A stretch of DNA of 64,000 nt from Candidatus Brocadiia bacterium (GCA_046538485.1 JBKHIT010000021.1:11730-75729), one strand, 5' to 3'. Positions 30,150 through 41,111 are shown, counted from the stretch's first letter. Numbers and translations are program-made. Notes: generated by a model from the sequence alone, not told the origin.

Positions 30150-33100
30150 ATGTCGCGAAAATTAGTTTTGATCGTGTTTGCCATCATCCTGCCGATATCG
30201 CTCGCCCGCCACGGATCCGCCGCCGCCGGGAAAGGGCGTCACGAACGCATCTACGCCGTTCCAACCCCGGGCAAAGTTAAAATTGACGGCGACCTCGAAG
30301 ACTGGGATCTCTCCAGCCAGCTCCATATCTTCATCACCCGCGCCACCAGCGAAATGCGAAGCGCATACCTCGCCATGATGTACGATCAGCAGGCCCTCTA
30401 TATCGGCGCCAGGGTCCACGACCAGAGCCCGATGATGAATCGTCACGATCCCAAAGTCGAACCCAAACGCGCCTGGGACGCCGACGTATGCCAGATTTTC
30501 ATGACGCTCGATTCGTCAATGGATTATCCGGTCGAAAAAAGCACGTGGAAAAAAGACAGGGACAAAAGGCTCGTAACAATGATCCTCTGGTACTACACCG
30601 ACCGCAAAGAGCCCAACATGGCCCTTTTCCAGGGTTTCCCGTTCAACAAACCCCGCCGTCCCGATCTGAACAAAAAAGGTGTCATCCCGCACGATCATTT
30701 TGACGCCGCCTACCGCAAGTTCGAAAACGAGAAAGGGTATTATTTCGAATACCGGATCCCCTGGAAAACGCTGGGAAAAGAAGGACCACCGCCCGCCGGG
30801 AAGTTCCTCGCCGGCACGACCTGCGTCTTCTGGAGCGATCCGCAGGGGATGAAGACGGCCAAAGGCAATTCCTGGGCGTACGACGTCATGCGCACCCCGA
30901 GTTTCCCGTACCAGACAGCCAGCTGCTGGGGAAAAATCATCTTCCCCGAAAAAGGCAACATCCCGCGCGAACTCGTCGAAAAAGGCGTCCCGATCAAAGA
31001 ACCGTACCCCCTGAAGTTCCGCTACACGCTGCCGGAAGAAGGTTATGTCACCGCGGGGCTCTACGATGAAAACGGTCTGCTGATTCGCAATATCGTCGTC
31101 GATAAACGTCGTGACGCCGGTGAGGTGGTGGAAAAATGGACCGGACGCGATATCAGAGACGAAATCATCAAACCCGGGTCCTACAAATGGCGCGGTATCT
31201 ACCACGACAAGATCACAACGGAATTCATAACTTCCGTCCATAATTCCGGCACACCGCCCTACAAGACCGACGACGGCACCGGCGGATGGGGCGCCGACCA
31301 CAGCAACCCCCAGACCGCGGCCCGCCTGGGCGACGACATGTTGCTCGGCTGGCGCGTCGCCGAATCCGGCTGGGGAATCATCCGGATCGATCCGTCGGGC
31401 GACAAAAAATGGGGCCTCAAGAACGGCGCGGAATTCCTGGCCGGCGGTGAGAAACGTCTTTTCGCCGCCCGGCGTCACGGCGAACCTGGCGTCAGAGTCT
31501 TCGATGCCCGCGACCGCCGACCGCTCAATTTCGGGTCTGGGAAAAAACGGGCCGACCTGCCGGAGGGCGGATCACAAGAAAACAATCACATCAGCGGTCT
31601 CGATTACCTCAAAGGCCGCCTCTACATTTCCTACGGCAAACGCGATCTCGTCGCCGTAAACGATGCAAGAAGTGGAAAAGTTCTGAAAACCTGGGACGTG
31701 GCCTCTCCTGGCCGCCTCGTCGCCATCGGAAAAGGCGAAGCGCTGATTCTAAGCGAAGGGAAGGTCCTGCGCGCGAAAAACGGCAAAGTTTCCACCTTCA
31801 CCACCCGTCACCTGGACGAACCGGCGGGCATCGCCGTCGACCAGAACGGCCGGGTCTATGTGACGAATCGCGGGAAACTTCAGAACGCCAGCGTCTTCTC
31901 CTCCGATGGCACATACCTCCGCGGAATCGGTACCAGAGGCGGGCGCCCCAGGGTCGGGCGCTACGAATCCGGCGGAATGCTCGAACCAGGTGGATGCGCC
32001 ATCGGCCCGGAAGGGAAGCTGTGGGTGGCCGAGACACTGGATGGACCCCGCCGGGTGAGCGTCTGGGATGTGGAAACCGGCAAGAACACTGACGAGTTTT
32101 TCGGGGCGAGCGCCTATTCCGCCTTCGCCTGGATGGACCCGGCCCGTCCGAATGAGGTCTACTGTCACAACGTGATCTGGGAAGTGGACCTGGACAAAGG
32201 GACCAAACGCCCAAAGGCGACTGTATGGCGTCCGAAAGGGCCGAATTCGCCTCCTGCCACGATGTCAAGTTTCCAGTATAAACTCCGCGTTCTAACGGCG
32301 GAGAACGGGCATCAATATGCCTGGGGCAAAATGAACCACGCCCACCCGTCCTATCTCTTCATTCGCCGGAACGACCATTTTATCCCCCTGATGGGGTACA
32401 TTCAGGTCAACAAACGCTCGAAATTTGTGCCATATCCCCCGTATCCGTTCATGGAGGACCTGGAGGAATATCCCCGGGGGCATTATCTCTGGGTCGACAA
32501 GAACAGCGATCAACATCTGCAGAAAAGTGAAGTCTCGCCGATCGAAAGGAAATATAGTTTTGAATGGATGGACCGGAAACTGAATCTTTACAGTCCCAGC
32601 GGATATATCCACAAACCGACGGAAGTCAGGGACGACGGCACGCCTGTCTACGATTTCAAGAACCCCGAAACTTTCCCCTCGCTGAAAGGCCACGGCGTCT
32701 GGGTCGATCCGCAGGACGGTTCGCTTTACACGAAGATGTATCGCTGGAGACGGGATGGAGAAATGATGTGGGGGATTCCCGGCTCCGAGCCGCGGTGGCA
32801 CAAATTCCTCAGTTATCCCGGCCCTTTCCCCGGCGATGTCTGGGGTTTGACATGTCCCCTGGGCGTGGCGGGGAACTTCACCGGTTCGGCCACATATTTT
32901 GGGCACATGCACATTCTGACCCGGGATGGGATTTACGTGGCGATGGTGATGGATCCACCGCCCGGTCAGGGACTAAGCCCGCAGAACCTATTGTGCGAAT
33001 TGTTCTGCGGCCAGCTGGTCAGACCGAAAGGGATGGACAGATTCTTCCTGCTCGGGGGCGATCAGGACGGGCGAATTATGGAAGTTCACGGGCTGAACAG

Positions 33101-33872
33101 CGTGCAATATCTCGACGGCGGGTCCTGTAAAGTAACCGAAGCCATGGCGCAGAAAACGCGGGACGCATGGAAAGAGTATGAACGCAAGAAGCGGGAGAAA
33201 CAGGCCCTCGTCATTGCCCGGGGAGGTCGTGAAGCGCTGGAGGAAACCGAGGGGATTCGGGTGGAGGTCGGTCCGGAACGCCGTTTTAACGTCAAAGCTA
33301 CGTACGATGCAAAAAACCTGTACTTTCGTTTCCACGTCAACTCGTCCGCCGGTTTGACCAACAGCATAGCGGATCCTCAGACGATTTACGCCGGCGGAAA
33401 TTGCCTCGACATCATGCTGGCCACCGATCCCGACGCGCCCAAGGACCGCAAAAAACCGGCGCCCGGCGACCTCCGGCTGGTGGTCACCCGCCAGAAAGGC
33501 AAGCCAAAAGTCGTTATGATTCGACCGAAAGTGAAAGACTTCAAAGGCGATCCTATCGTACTCGAATCGCCGGTCGACAGGTCCGAGATCGACCATATCG
33601 AAAAAGTTGAAGCGGTAGAACTCGATTACAAGAAACACTCCGGTGGTTTCACGGCGACGGTGACGGTGCCGCAAAAGTTTCTTGGATGGATCCCTCGTCC
33701 GGGGACTGCGGTAAAGATGGATTTGGGCTATATTTTCGGCAACAAAACCGGCACGAACGCCGTGAAACGGACCTACTGGTCAGACAACAGCTTCGAGGCC
33801 AACGTTGTCGACGATATCCCCGACGAAAGCCGCCTCCGACCGGCCGAATGGGGAACGGCTGTAGTGGAATGA
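30150..33872 (+). CDS. large secreted protein with CBM9/DOMON-like, FlgD-Ig-like and NHL/beta-propeller domains
   Basis: signal peptide; IDGDLEDWD, EYRIPW; LIRNIV...WTGRD...PGSYKW; PAGIAVDQNGRVYV; second CBM9-like C-terminus. Confidence 0.78.
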   Translation: MSRKLVLIVFAIILPISLARHGSAAAGKGRHERIYAVPTPGKVKIDGDLEDWDLSSQLHIFITRATSEMRSAYLAMMYDQQALYIGARVHDQSPMMNRHDPKVEPKRAWDADVCQIFMTLDSSMDYPVEKSTWKKDRDKRLVTMILWYYTDRKEPNMALFQGFPFNKPRRPDLNKKGVIPHDHFDAAYRKFENEKGYYFEYRIPWKTLGKEGPPPAGKFLAGTTCVFWSDPQGMKTAKGNSWAYDVMRTPSFPYQTASCWGKIIFPEKGNIPRELVEKGVPIKEPYPLKFRYTLPEEGYVTAGLYDENGLLIRNIVVDKRRDAGEVVEKWTGRDIRDEIIKPGSYKWRGIYHDKITTEFITSVHNSGTPPYKTDDGTGGWGADHSNPQTAARLGDDMLLGWRVAESGWGIIRIDPSGDKKWGLKNGAEFLAGGEKRLFAARRHGEPGVRVFDARDRRPLNFGSGKKRADLPEGGSQENNHISGLDYLKGRLYISYGKRDLVAVNDARSGKVLKTWDVASPGRLVAIGKGEALILSEGKVLRAKNGKVSTFTTRHLDEPAGIAVDQNGRVYVTNRGKLQNASVFSSDGTYLRGIGTRGGRPRVGRYESGGMLEPGGCAIGPEGKLWVAETLDGPRRVSVWDVETGKNTDEFFGASAYSAFAWMDPARPNEVYCHNVIWEVDLDKGTKRPKATVWRPKGPNSPPATMSSFQYKLRVLTAENGHQYAWGKMNHAHPSYLFIRRNDHFIPLMGYIQVNKRSKFVPYPPYPFMEDLEEYPRGHYLWVDKNSDQHLQKSEVSPIERKYSFEWMDRKLNLYSPSGYIHKPTEVRDDGTPVYDFKNPETFPSLKGHGVWVDPQDGSLYTKMYRWRRDGEMMWGIPGSEPRWHKFLSYPGPFPGDVWGLTCPLGVAGNFTGSATYFGHMHILTRDGIYVAMVMDPPPGQGLSPQNLLCELFCGQLVRPKGMDRFFLLGGDQDGRIMEVHGLNSVQYLDGGSCKVTEAMAQKTRDAWKEYERKKREKQALVIARGGREALEETEGIRVEVGPERRFNVKATYDAKNLYFRFHVNSSAGLTNSIADPQTIYAGGNCLDIMLATDPDAPKDRKKPAPGDLRLVVTRQKGKPKVVMIRPKVKDFKGDPIVLESPVDRSEIDHIEKVEAVELDYKKHSGGFTATVTVPQKFLGWIPRPGTAVKMDLGYIFGNKTGTNAVKRTYWSDNSFEANVVDDIPDESRLRPAEWGTAVVE

Positions 33873-33919
33873 AACCAGCAGGGGGGCACCGGTTGGGCTG
33901 GGATACTCTGGAAGTATTG

Positions 33920-33971
33920 ACCGCGTTCTGAACTCCAGCCCCGCAAGGCGGCGCTGAAGTCCAGTCCGCTC
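33920..33971 (-). repeat. family A palindromic repeat
   Basis: near-identical to 26848-26899. Confidence 0.88.
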
Positions 33972-34353
33972 ATGTATCACACAAGCGGGAACAGGACCTG
34001 TGGACAATCAAGGACGAGCGAGGCATTAATCTTCATGCGATTTCGGGTATTTGCTGATACTCCGGGCGGAAACGTTGTGTTGACTCTTGGAGCGTGCACT
34101 TTGCTGAGGTCCAAACGATTCCCCCAAAACCAGCTCCAGTGCTTCACCTGTTCAACAGAAACGACCACCCATTTCTGTCCACGGAATACGTAGATTACGC
34201 GGATCAAACGGCCAACAGCAAAGGGACAGAAAAGACTGAAGGGACGGAAGGGACTGGGGGCGGGTTCCGTCTTCTCCACTCTCAAAACACCACCACAGCC
34301 AGAATGCCGACCGTTTCAATATTTCCTCACCCGGTCAATGTCATGCCGCTTTC

Positions 34354-35223
34354 TTATTGCAGCGGATCGTACCACGGCATCGCACTGGATTGATCCGGTC
34401 CGTAGAAGAAACGCGTGCGGTAACCGTTTTTGATCAGAGATGTGCAATCGCTCGGAATTGCGAACCCGCTCCAGGCATCGTTATGGCTCACCTGCCACCC
34501 GGGGGGACAGTACATGGTCCCCGTATACGTGTACTCGTAGTTATGCCATGTCACGTGACCATCGCTGTAGGCTGCATTTCCCCCGCGGATATCCTCCAGT
34601 TTTCCGTGGTTGCTGTCGTGATAATCGTTCCACGCCCAGTTTTCCCACCGGCGGCGGAAATCGACCCGGTCCATGAACAAAAGAGAAGGATAACCATAAC
34701 GGCTCACGATCCGACCGATGTTGTTCAATCGATAAGACATATAGAAATGCGGAACAACCAGCTCGTTGTTAGGCTCAAGGAACCCCGCTTGCCCGAGATA
34801 GAAATACGTGGAATGGTGATGGGCCCAACCGCCGCCGAGATCCGTGAAATCGCCGTTAGACGGACAGCGCAACAGGTGGGATGTATCGTGTCGGTCGGTG
34901 ACCGGGCCGCTCAAATACTCGGAGATAAATCTGGTCGTCGGGCCGTGCCATTTGTTCCAGGGAATCGTGCCGCTGTTCTTGGGCGTGCCCCAGGCACCAA
35001 GTTAATCGGAGACGCGTCGTCCCGCCGCATACGGCAATCCTCCGTCCCAATCATTGGTGTAAAGAAATAGGCCCGTCGTTATCTGCTTGAGCCTGCTGGC
35101 ACAGCTGACCTGTCGGGCCGCCTCCCGCGCACTCTCAAGCGCCGGCATCAGCATGGCCGCGAGGATTGCGATGATGGCAATCACCACAAGCAGTTCAATA
35201 AGTGTAAAAGCCGATCGCCTCAC
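34354..35223 (-). pseudogene. prepilin-type (DUF1559-like) gene with one in-frame TAA
   Basis: ORFs 35002-35223 and 34354-34914 share a frame; only TAA at 35002-35004 interrupts; NH...GGNAAYSDGHV at the C-terminus. Confidence 0.88.
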
Positions 35224-35407
35224 GGGCGCATTTCTCCTCAGAGGGACTTTTGCACGTGACCCCGTCGTTTCATAAACTGACAGAAGAATCTCCGCTGCAA
35301 TCGGTTGTAAAATAAGGAGCAGAAACCTCCTGGCTCAAGCGCGATTTGTTATAGTAGTTTATAAAACAATAGTGGCCTGTCAAGGACTTTACCGACTTCT
35401 GGAGCGT

Positions 35408-35459
35408 GAGCGAACTGGACTTCAGGACCGCTCTGCGGGACTGGAGTTCAGAACGCGGT
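35408..35459 (+). repeat. family A palindromic repeat
   Basis: CTGGACTTCAG-GACCGCTCTGCGGGA-CTGGAGTTCAG-AACGCGGT. Confidence 0.88.
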
Positions 35460-35733
35460 GCAAACATGGGAAAATGGCCTTTGGCCCTGACGGCCCGGTC
35501 CACTGGAGCCTCCTCTGCGCGAGGCCATAGAGCCCGAGGAGCCTATGCTACATGCGTTTCTTAACCACCGTCCACTATCGTAGCTGCGTTACGTTGTCCT
35601 TTTACCTCATCGTTCTACCTTGTCTTGTTTTGCGCACACCCGGGGAAACCGGTACAAACGCGCGGGGGCTGGTTTCATCACGGCAAAAATGCTAATATTT
35701 TACTGTTGGAACAAGGCCAGAAAGAGGAACTCC

Positions 35734-36801
35734 ATGAAAATTGCCAAAGAAAACGCCGAAAAGAGCAGAGAACGCGTCGAAGCCTGGTGGAACCACGAGA
35801 TTATCGACCGAGCCGTTGTGAACGTAACTGCCCCCCTCAAAGACGCCGACAACGAGGTAATTGATGAAGTCGAAGACGTCCAGCGATACTTCACAGACCC
35901 GGAGGTTGTCATTCCCCTCACGGAAAACAGGCTGGCAAATACGTATTTCGGAGGCGAAGCGTTCCCGGTCGCCCCGGGCGTGCCCACCAGTTTCGTCGCG
36001 ATCACGGCCAGCTACCTGGGATGCCCTGTCACATTCCTGAACCGGTCAACTGTCTGGTGCGAACCAATCATCGACGATCCCAATCATTTGCCTGACCTGA
36101 GTTTCAACCCTGATAACAAATGGTGGAAGGCGTCCCGGCGCATGATGGAAGCTTTCGTGGAGAGGGCCGACGGCTATCACGTGGGCATTCCCGATCTGAA
36201 TGGCCCCACGGAACTGCTGGCCAGGTTGCGCGGGACGCAGAAGCTCGCGTTGGATTTCATCGACAATCCCGAATATATCAAGTCGGCAATCGATAAAATC
36301 ACCGACGCCTGGTACCGCTACTGGGAGGAATCGGTCAAGATAACCCGGGAAACCGGGGGCTATTTCTACTGGATGGGAATATGGTCGGATCGACCCTCCA
36401 TCGATCTGCAATCGGACTTTTCCTGCATGATTTCGCCGGAGCAGTTTCGGGAATATTTTCTCCCCTCCATCGAAAAGCAGACGCACATGGTCGAGCGCAC
36501 TGTCTATCATCTCGATGGGCCCGATGCCGTCAGGCATCTCGATGCCCTTTTGGAACTGCCGGACCTCGATGGGATTCAGTGGATACCCGGGGCGGGCGCA
36601 AAACCAACGGTGGAATGGATCCCCCTGTTGAAGCGGATTCAAGATGGCGGAAAACTCGTGTATGTCCATTGCCGTCCCGAGAGTGTCGAAACGCTGCTTG
36701 ACGAGCTCCGACCCGAGGGTCTCATGATGGTCACATCCTGCGGCAGCGTGGAACAAGCTAAAAATCTGCTGAAAAATGCGGAAAAGTGGAGCGCGCGGTG
36801 A
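35734..36801 (+). CDS. URO-D/MtaA-like TIM-barrel protein
   Basis: LQSDFSCMISP, YHLDGP, IQWIPGAG. Confidence 0.8.
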   Translation: MKIAKENAEKSRERVEAWWNHEIIDRAVVNVTAPLKDADNEVIDEVEDVQRYFTDPEVVIPLTENRLANTYFGGEAFPVAPGVPTSFVAITASYLGCPVTFLNRSTVWCEPIIDDPNHLPDLSFNPDNKWWKASRRMMEAFVERADGYHVGIPDLNGPTELLARLRGTQKLALDFIDNPEYIKSAIDKITDAWYRYWEESVKITRETGGYFYWMGIWSDRPSIDLQSDFSCMISPEQFREYFLPSIEKQTHMVERTVYHLDGPDAVRHLDALLELPDLDGIQWIPGAGAKPTVEWIPLLKRIQDGGKLVYVHCRPESVETLLDELRPEGLMMVTSCGSVEQAKNLLKNAEKWSAR

Positions 36802-36918
36802 GTTCGGGGAACGGCCTAAGGGAGCGCAAAGCCTCCGAGACGACGTGGACGCGAGCCGACTTTCAAACACGGTGCCGATGCCGGCGGCCCCAAATCCCAT
36901 CCCCTGGCGTTGGCATTT

Positions 36919-36970
36919 GAGCAGACTGGACTTCAGCACCGCTCCGGCGGGGCTGGAGTTCAGAATGCGG
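36919..36970 (+). repeat. family A palindromic repeat
   Basis: CTGGACTTCAG-CACCGCTCCGGCGGGG-CTGGAGTTCAG. Confidence 0.88.
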
Positions 36971-37271
36971 CATAATAAAGCCGAATGTCAAGAAGCTCTA
37001 AAAACCTTCAAAAAATTAGGGGACCAAATGAAAGCGGCGCTATTGCGCGCGCCCTCCGCCAGACAAACGGCGGACAAGTCCAAAGCCAGCGCTCTGCGAT
37101 GGCAAGGTAGGTCCATACGTAGATTGTCGTGAACGCGACATGGGAAGCGGGTTCCCAGAATCGATGTCTGTCAAAGACCCCTCCGCGGAGCGCTATGGGA
37201 CGTGGTGAGCAGTTCGGCCACGCTGAACGGAGCACCGCTTTCTTAAATGTCCTTGTGAGTTTCCCACCATT

Positions 37272-37328
37272 CCGCCTCAAGTCCCGCTTTGCCCGCCGCG
37301 GGGCGGACTCAGCTGAACTCGAGTCTCC
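37272..37328. repeat. family C palindromic repeat
   Basis: CCGCCTCAAGTCC...AGCTGAACTCGAGTCTCC, inverted relative of 57169-57224. Confidence 0.75.
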
Positions 37329-37386
37329 ATTTACGTGCGCGAAGCACTGTGGAGTGCAGTAAGCTTTGTCCGTTTCCCAACGCAAC

Positions 37387-37409
37387 GGACCGCTGACGCG
37401 GTCCACTAC
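37387..37409 (-). repeat. canonical REP-like element
   Basis: GTAG-T-GGACCGC-GTCA-GCGGTCC. Confidence 0.65.
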
Positions 37410-37552
37410 GAGCACGTTTCAGTGATTTGTACGTTCCCGGAGTTATTGCAAGCTAAGATATCAATGTCCGGTTCGTAGTGACTCCCTTCAGGGGCTCGGT
37501 CGTTTGTCTGTTTCTGTGCCGTTATCTTCCTAAGTTCGAGTACACAGCCCCT

Positions 37553-39106
37553 TCAGTGCACTCCATGCGCGAACATTTCGCGTGTCGGGTGGGGGTAATC
37601 CTGCAGGATGATCAGATCCATGAGCCGGTCTCGCAACTCTCTCCGCAGATCGCCGTGGTCAGACGAACCCGCGAGGTTGTGCTGTTCGGCTGGATCCTCC
37701 TGAAGATCAAAAAGCTGCTCGCCGGAATCGCCCGGATACATCGTATAGCGATACCGGTCCGTGCAGATCGTGCGGGCCCAGTGGTGGGGCGAAGCATTGC
37801 TGATGCTGTTATAACTCTCCGAATACGCCGCGTCACGTTCCCCGCCGGCTCCCTCGCAGCAGATTGGAAGCAAAGATTGTCCGGGGAAACGTTCCGGTTC
37901 GTCCTGCAAATACGGTCCGAGCACCGGCGGCGACGGTCTTTCCAACCCTGCCATATCGAGGACGGTGGGGAAGATGTCCTCGAGCTGAACGATTTCCCCT
38001 CGATATCCCGTTTCGACACCCGGGCCTGAAATCATGAGGGGGATTCGGATGCACGCGTCGTAGTGATACTCTTCTTTCCCGGTGAAACCGTGTTCCAGCA
38101 GCAGTTCCCCGTGGTCGGCGAGGAAAATAATGTAGGTATTTCCCAACCGTCCGGTTTCCTCGAGTGCATCCATCACTTTCCCCAGCTGGTAGTCCAGGTG
38201 CGCGATATCAGCGAAGTAATAATGTCGTCGCGTCCGCCAGTTCTCGGGGATCGATCGGGCGCTCTTCCACGGCGGCAGATCATCAAAAGCCTCCGGACGC
38301 AGCGGATCGTCCGGCCATTCGGGAGCGGAAGGCTCTGGGATCAAATCCGGCTCGACAAGATCCATATATTCGGCTGGAGGGCAGGACGGGCCGTGAGGTT
38401 GAACGTAGCTGATATGGGCCAGGAGGGGTTCCGCGGGCTCGGCCCCCCGGATAAAATCGAGCGCATGGTCCGTGATCCAGTGGGTCTGCGAAATGGCCTC
38501 GGGGAAGGGGAGTGTGTATGCCTGGGGCGTGTTCTCGGGGAAATCGTCAGTGGCAAAATCGAACTCGTCCCGGATTGTTTTGATCCGCGAACTCAGATCT
38601 CGCTTTTCGGGTCCGTAACTTTTCAGTTCCGGTATATCGGCGCACCAGATCGTGGCCAGTGCGGATTCAAAATGTTCGGCGTGATTCTGCTCGAACCAGT
38701 CAAGCCACTCCCCCGCCCGCGGATCCTCCGTGATGTGAGTGACATCAAAACCATACTCGCGATAATCCGGATGCACACCGGCGAAATGGGGATGGAGGTG
38801 TACTTTGCCGAAAGCTGCCGTACTGTAGCCATCCTTCTGCAGCATTTGCATGAACGTCGGCAGATTCGGATCGAGTCTGTAGCCGTTTTGGAGCACGCCG
38901 TGTTGCCGGCTGTTCAGGCCCGTTGCCAGCGTCGCCCGGGCGGGCATGCAGACGGGGTTGCTGGTGTAGGCTTTACTGAAAGTTGCACTGCGGTTACGCA
39001 ACCGGTCTAAATTCGGTGTTGGGACGCATTTGGTAGCTCCTTCTTCAAGCCAGCGTGCCGAGAGCTGATCGACCATGAAAAACACGATATTCGGTTTTTG
39101 AGGCAT
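37553..39106 (-). CDS. formylglycine-dependent sulfatase (S1)
   Basis: KPNIVFFMVDQL, CMPAR, GKVH, PH, ADHG, QLFDLQEDPAEQHNLA. Confidence 0.93.
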   Translation of the reverse strand: MPQKPNIVFFMVDQLSARWLEEGATKCVPTPNLDRLRNRSATFSKAYTSNPVCMPARATLATGLNSRQHGVLQNGYRLDPNLPTFMQMLQKDGYSTAAFGKVHLHPHFAGVHPDYREYGFDVTHITEDPRAGEWLDWFEQNHAEHFESALATIWCADIPELKSYGPEKRDLSSRIKTIRDEFDFATDDFPENTPQAYTLPFPEAISQTHWITDHALDFIRGAEPAEPLLAHISYVQPHGPSCPPAEYMDLVEPDLIPEPSAPEWPDDPLRPEAFDDLPPWKSARSIPENWRTRRHYYFADIAHLDYQLGKVMDALEETGRLGNTYIIFLADHGELLLEHGFTGKEEYHYDACIRIPLMISGPGVETGYRGEIVQLEDIFPTVLDMAGLERPSPPVLGPYLQDEPERFPGQSLLPICCEGAGGERDAAYSESYNSISNASPHHWARTICTDRYRYTMYPGDSGEQLFDLQEDPAEQHNLAGSSDHGDLRRELRDRLMDLIILQDYPHPTREMFAHGVH

Positions 39107-39144
39107 TTTCAGGTTTCCCGGGTAAAAATCAGGCGGATGGCATT

Positions 39145-40647
39145 TTACGGTTCGATTGGTTCTTCCATTTTATGCGCAACTTCAATGGCACGGAGGAGCG
39201 CTTTAGCTTTATTGAGCGTTTCTTCGAATTCCCGTTCGGGCACGCTATCGGCGACAATTCCCCCGCCGGCCTGCACGTAAGCGTCCCGGCCCTGAAGCAC
39301 AACAGTCCGGATGGTGATACAGGTATCCATATTCCCGCTGAAATCGAAATACCCGACGGCCCCGCCGTAAGGTCCTCGTTTCGTCGGCTCCAGTTCATCG
39401 ATGATCTCCATAGCGCGCACTTTTGGTGCTCCGGTAAGCGTACCGGCGGGGATACATGCCATAAGAGCATCGAGCGCATCGTTATCATCGGTCAGTTCGC
39501 CGGTCACATTGGAGACGATGTGCATGACGTGCGAGTAGCGTTCGATGACCATAATTTCATCGGCACGAACGGTCCCGTACTGACAAACTCTGCCAAGATC
39601 GTTTCGGCCAAGATCAACCAGCATCACATGCTCGGCCCGTTCTTTGGGATCAGAGAGCAATTCTTCCGCGAGTTCTTGATCTTTTTCTTCGCTCTGTCCC
39701 CTGGGCCGGGTGCCCGCGATAGGACGGACCGTGGCAGTTCGGTTCTCGACGCGCACCATCACCTCGGGGGAAGAGCCCACGAGATGGAGGTCATCCATTT
39801 TGAGCAAAAACATGTAGGGGGAAGGATTGATAACGCGAAGCGCCCGGTAGATATCCAGCGGCGAAGCGGAAGTCTGCACGCCGAGTCTCTGGGAAGGGAC
39901 CACCTGGAAGATATCGCCGGCGCGGATATATTCTTTGCATTTCTCCACTCCCTCCAGATAATCCTGTTTCTCGAAATTTGACTCGAATGGAATTGTGATT
40001 TCGCCCTGAGGCGTAATATCATCACTGAGGTTGCTGACCGGTGTCCGGAGACGCGAAATTAATCGGTCAATACGCGCACAGGCATCATGGTAGGCCGTCT
40101 CGGGCTTTTCTCCATCAGTTCGGACACTGCATACGACCTTTATGGTCTTATTGAGGTAATCAAAGATCAATATTTCATCAAAGAACATGTAATAGATATC
40201 GGGGATATCTCGATCGTCGGGCGGACAGTCCGGCAGTTCTTCGACGAAACGGACGACATCATAGGCCATGAATCCCACGGCACCGCACGAGAAACGTGGC
40301 AGGCCCTCTACTGGAGCGAGTTGAAAACGGGAGAGATAATCCCGAAAGACGGGGAATGGATTATCGGTCTGGATGGTTTCGACATCGTCCCCTTCGCAGA
40401 TTTCAACGGTATTGCCCTGGGCTTTAAAAAGAGCAAATGGGGAGCTTCCCAGGAAACAATATCGACCGATTTTTTCGGGACCGCTCGCACTTTCCAGCAG
40501 GAAAGCATAATCACCGTCAGCCATTTTTTGGAACGCCGAAACAGGGGTCAGAGTATCGGCCATTAATTGGCGATAAACCGGGATAACGTTCCCCTGCTGG
40601 CTCTTTTCCTTGAACTCACTCAGTCCGGGGCAATACTGTGGTTTCAT
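39145..40647 (-). CDS. trpE: anthranilate synthase component I
   Basis: LLES Trp-feedback motif, NPSPYM, GSSPE, PIAGTRPRG, AEHVMLVDLGRND, GAPKVRAM. Confidence 0.93.
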   Translation of the reverse strand: MKPQYCPGLSEFKEKSQQGNVIPVYRQLMADTLTPVSAFQKMADGDYAFLLESASGPEKIGRYCFLGSSPFALFKAQGNTVEICEGDDVETIQTDNPFPVFRDYLSRFQLAPVEGLPRFSCGAVGFMAYDVVRFVEELPDCPPDDRDIPDIYYMFFDEILIFDYLNKTIKVVCSVRTDGEKPETAYHDACARIDRLISRLRTPVSNLSDDITPQGEITIPFESNFEKQDYLEGVEKCKEYIRAGDIFQVVPSQRLGVQTSASPLDIYRALRVINPSPYMFLLKMDDLHLVGSSPEVMVRVENRTATVRPIAGTRPRGQSEEKDQELAEELLSDPKERAEHVMLVDLGRNDLGRVCQYGTVRADEIMVIERYSHVMHIVSNVTGELTDDNDALDALMACIPAGTLTGAPKVRAMEIIDELEPTKRGPYGGAVGYFDFSGNMDTCITIRTVVLQGRDAYVQAGGGIVADSVPEREFEETLNKAKALLRAIEVAHKMEEPIEP

Positions 40648-40784
40648 AAGCCGAACGCCTTTCCTCTTTGGGATGCCACAGTTAAAAAGAGTCAACCCTT
40701 GCACGCAACCCCTTATTGGGGCTATAACAATAGGTAGATGGAGAAAAGCAAAACATCTTTTCCGCTTTTTGCAGGAGGTTTCGG

Positions 40785-41111
40785 ATGGCAGCTTACGTTG
40801 TAGGCCTGATCACGGGCGCTATTGTCACCATTTTCCCGCTTATTTATGCAATGAGCTTCGACCATTGTCAGGCTCTGGTTGTCAGTGCCGGCAAAAGTCC
40901 CACCGCGCTCGCTCCTTCAGTCTCCCCTGGTTTGGTGACCACCATCACCATTATCGGAGCAGTCGTCTTACTTCTGAATGCAGCCATGCTCGCCTTTACG
41001 GGACTCAGCAACCTGGGCTTTGCCAGCGGCGAAACTCAAAAACCGGAGGAGTCACCTGATGAAGAACCCGACGAATCCGCTGAGACCGAACCTCAGGAAC
41101 CATCTTTTTGA
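40785..41111 (+). CDS. small two-TM membrane protein with acidic tail
   Basis: AGGAGG SD; two hydrophobic segments. Confidence 0.7.
   Translation: MAAYVVGLITGAIVTIFPLIYAMSFDHCQALVVSAGKSPTALAPSVSPGLVTTITIIGAVVLLLNAAMLAFTGLSNLGFASGETQKPEESPDEEPDESAETEPQEPSF

Noticed and set aside
35002..35004. Recoded stop codon (Sec/Pyl)
   Set aside because: The codon is TAA, which ends many normal genes in this window
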